Source: an uncultured beta proteobacterium
Lineage (GTDB): Bacteria > Pseudomonadota > Gammaproteobacteria > Burkholderiales > SG8-41
Direction: 5' to 3'
NCBI GenBank assembly: GCA_903905655.1
Contig: CAIVHG010000036.1
Location: 10,142-74,141 of the forward strand
DNA length: 64,000 nt
Below the pieces are notes generated by a model. It saw only the letters and a program-made list of their open reading frames with translations. It was not told the DNA's origin and did not search any database. Below are positions 63,785-64,000 of this stretch, piece after piece (position 1 is the stretch's first letter; each line of letters opens with the position of its first letter). Made by a program: the position numbers and the translations under genes.

Positions 63785-63814
63785 ACTATAATTTGGAAAA
63801 TCCTGTCGCGTCAA
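63785..63814 (-). promoter_or_regulatory. putative sigma70 promoter of the zapB-like/zapA/6S unit
   Basis: Minus strand reads TTGACG (63814-63809), an 18-nt spacer, TATAGT (63790-63785), then 8 nt to the ATG at 63776. This implies a very short or absent leader. Confidence 0.35.
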
Positions 63815-64000
63815 TACCTAAGGATATTTTCTGCAGGTGGTTTGAGATCAATGGCCGCGCGTGCTGCTGATTCATGGTACGCGCACGCAGCGCAAGCATG
63901 ACGCCGCGCATGTGTCCATCGCTGGCAAACGGTTAAGTCAAATCGCTGCATTGCATCTTGCAACAGATGCACGCTGCGCAGGACAGGAACGAAAGCTAAA

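Overview
GC-rich proteobacterial chromosome segment spanning the replication-origin neighbourhood. The gene order looks most like Betaproteobacteria (dnaA-dnaN-gyrB without recF), but no taxon can be assigned from the sequence alone. It is almost entirely housekeeping genes. In order: gltBD, hemE, priA, argS, a SPOR protein, two tandem dsbA genes and an SDR; then on the minus strand glmUS, the complete atpIBEFHAGDC operon and parBA-rsmG-mnmG-mnmE-yidC-rnpA-rpmH, which diverge from dnaA-dnaN-gyrB. After that come topB-dprA-LysM opposite def-fmt-rsmB, a DUF4390-ntrY-ntrX module and a tkt-gap-pgk-pyk-fba block. The window ends with tctBA, a small EthD-EamA-SH3 operon, purEC, tsaC, a TauE permease, an EVE-domain gene and zapB-like/zapA. 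I found no mobile element, CRISPR array, tRNA or rRNA gene, defence island or obviously foreign DNA, and I cannot honestly point to a new multi-gene system here. The items worth a second look are mostly non-coding or sit below the ORF-track length threshold. (1) The dnaA-dnaN spacer has co-oriented DnaA-box-like sites followed by a (TAG)4 DnaA-trio-like array and AT-rich DNA. (2) A perfect parS lies inside a 26-bp palindrome. (3) A roughly 170-nt 6S-RNA-like irregular hairpin with an intrinsic terminator lies downstream of zapA. (4) rpmH (44 codons) is missing from the ORF track. (5) There is no recognisable yidD between rnpA and yidC. (6) The NtrX-type regulator has a visibly degenerate AAA+ core. 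(7) A topo III-type enzyme carries lysine/alanine-rich tails. The many long ORFs antisense to real genes are treated as high-GC artefacts.
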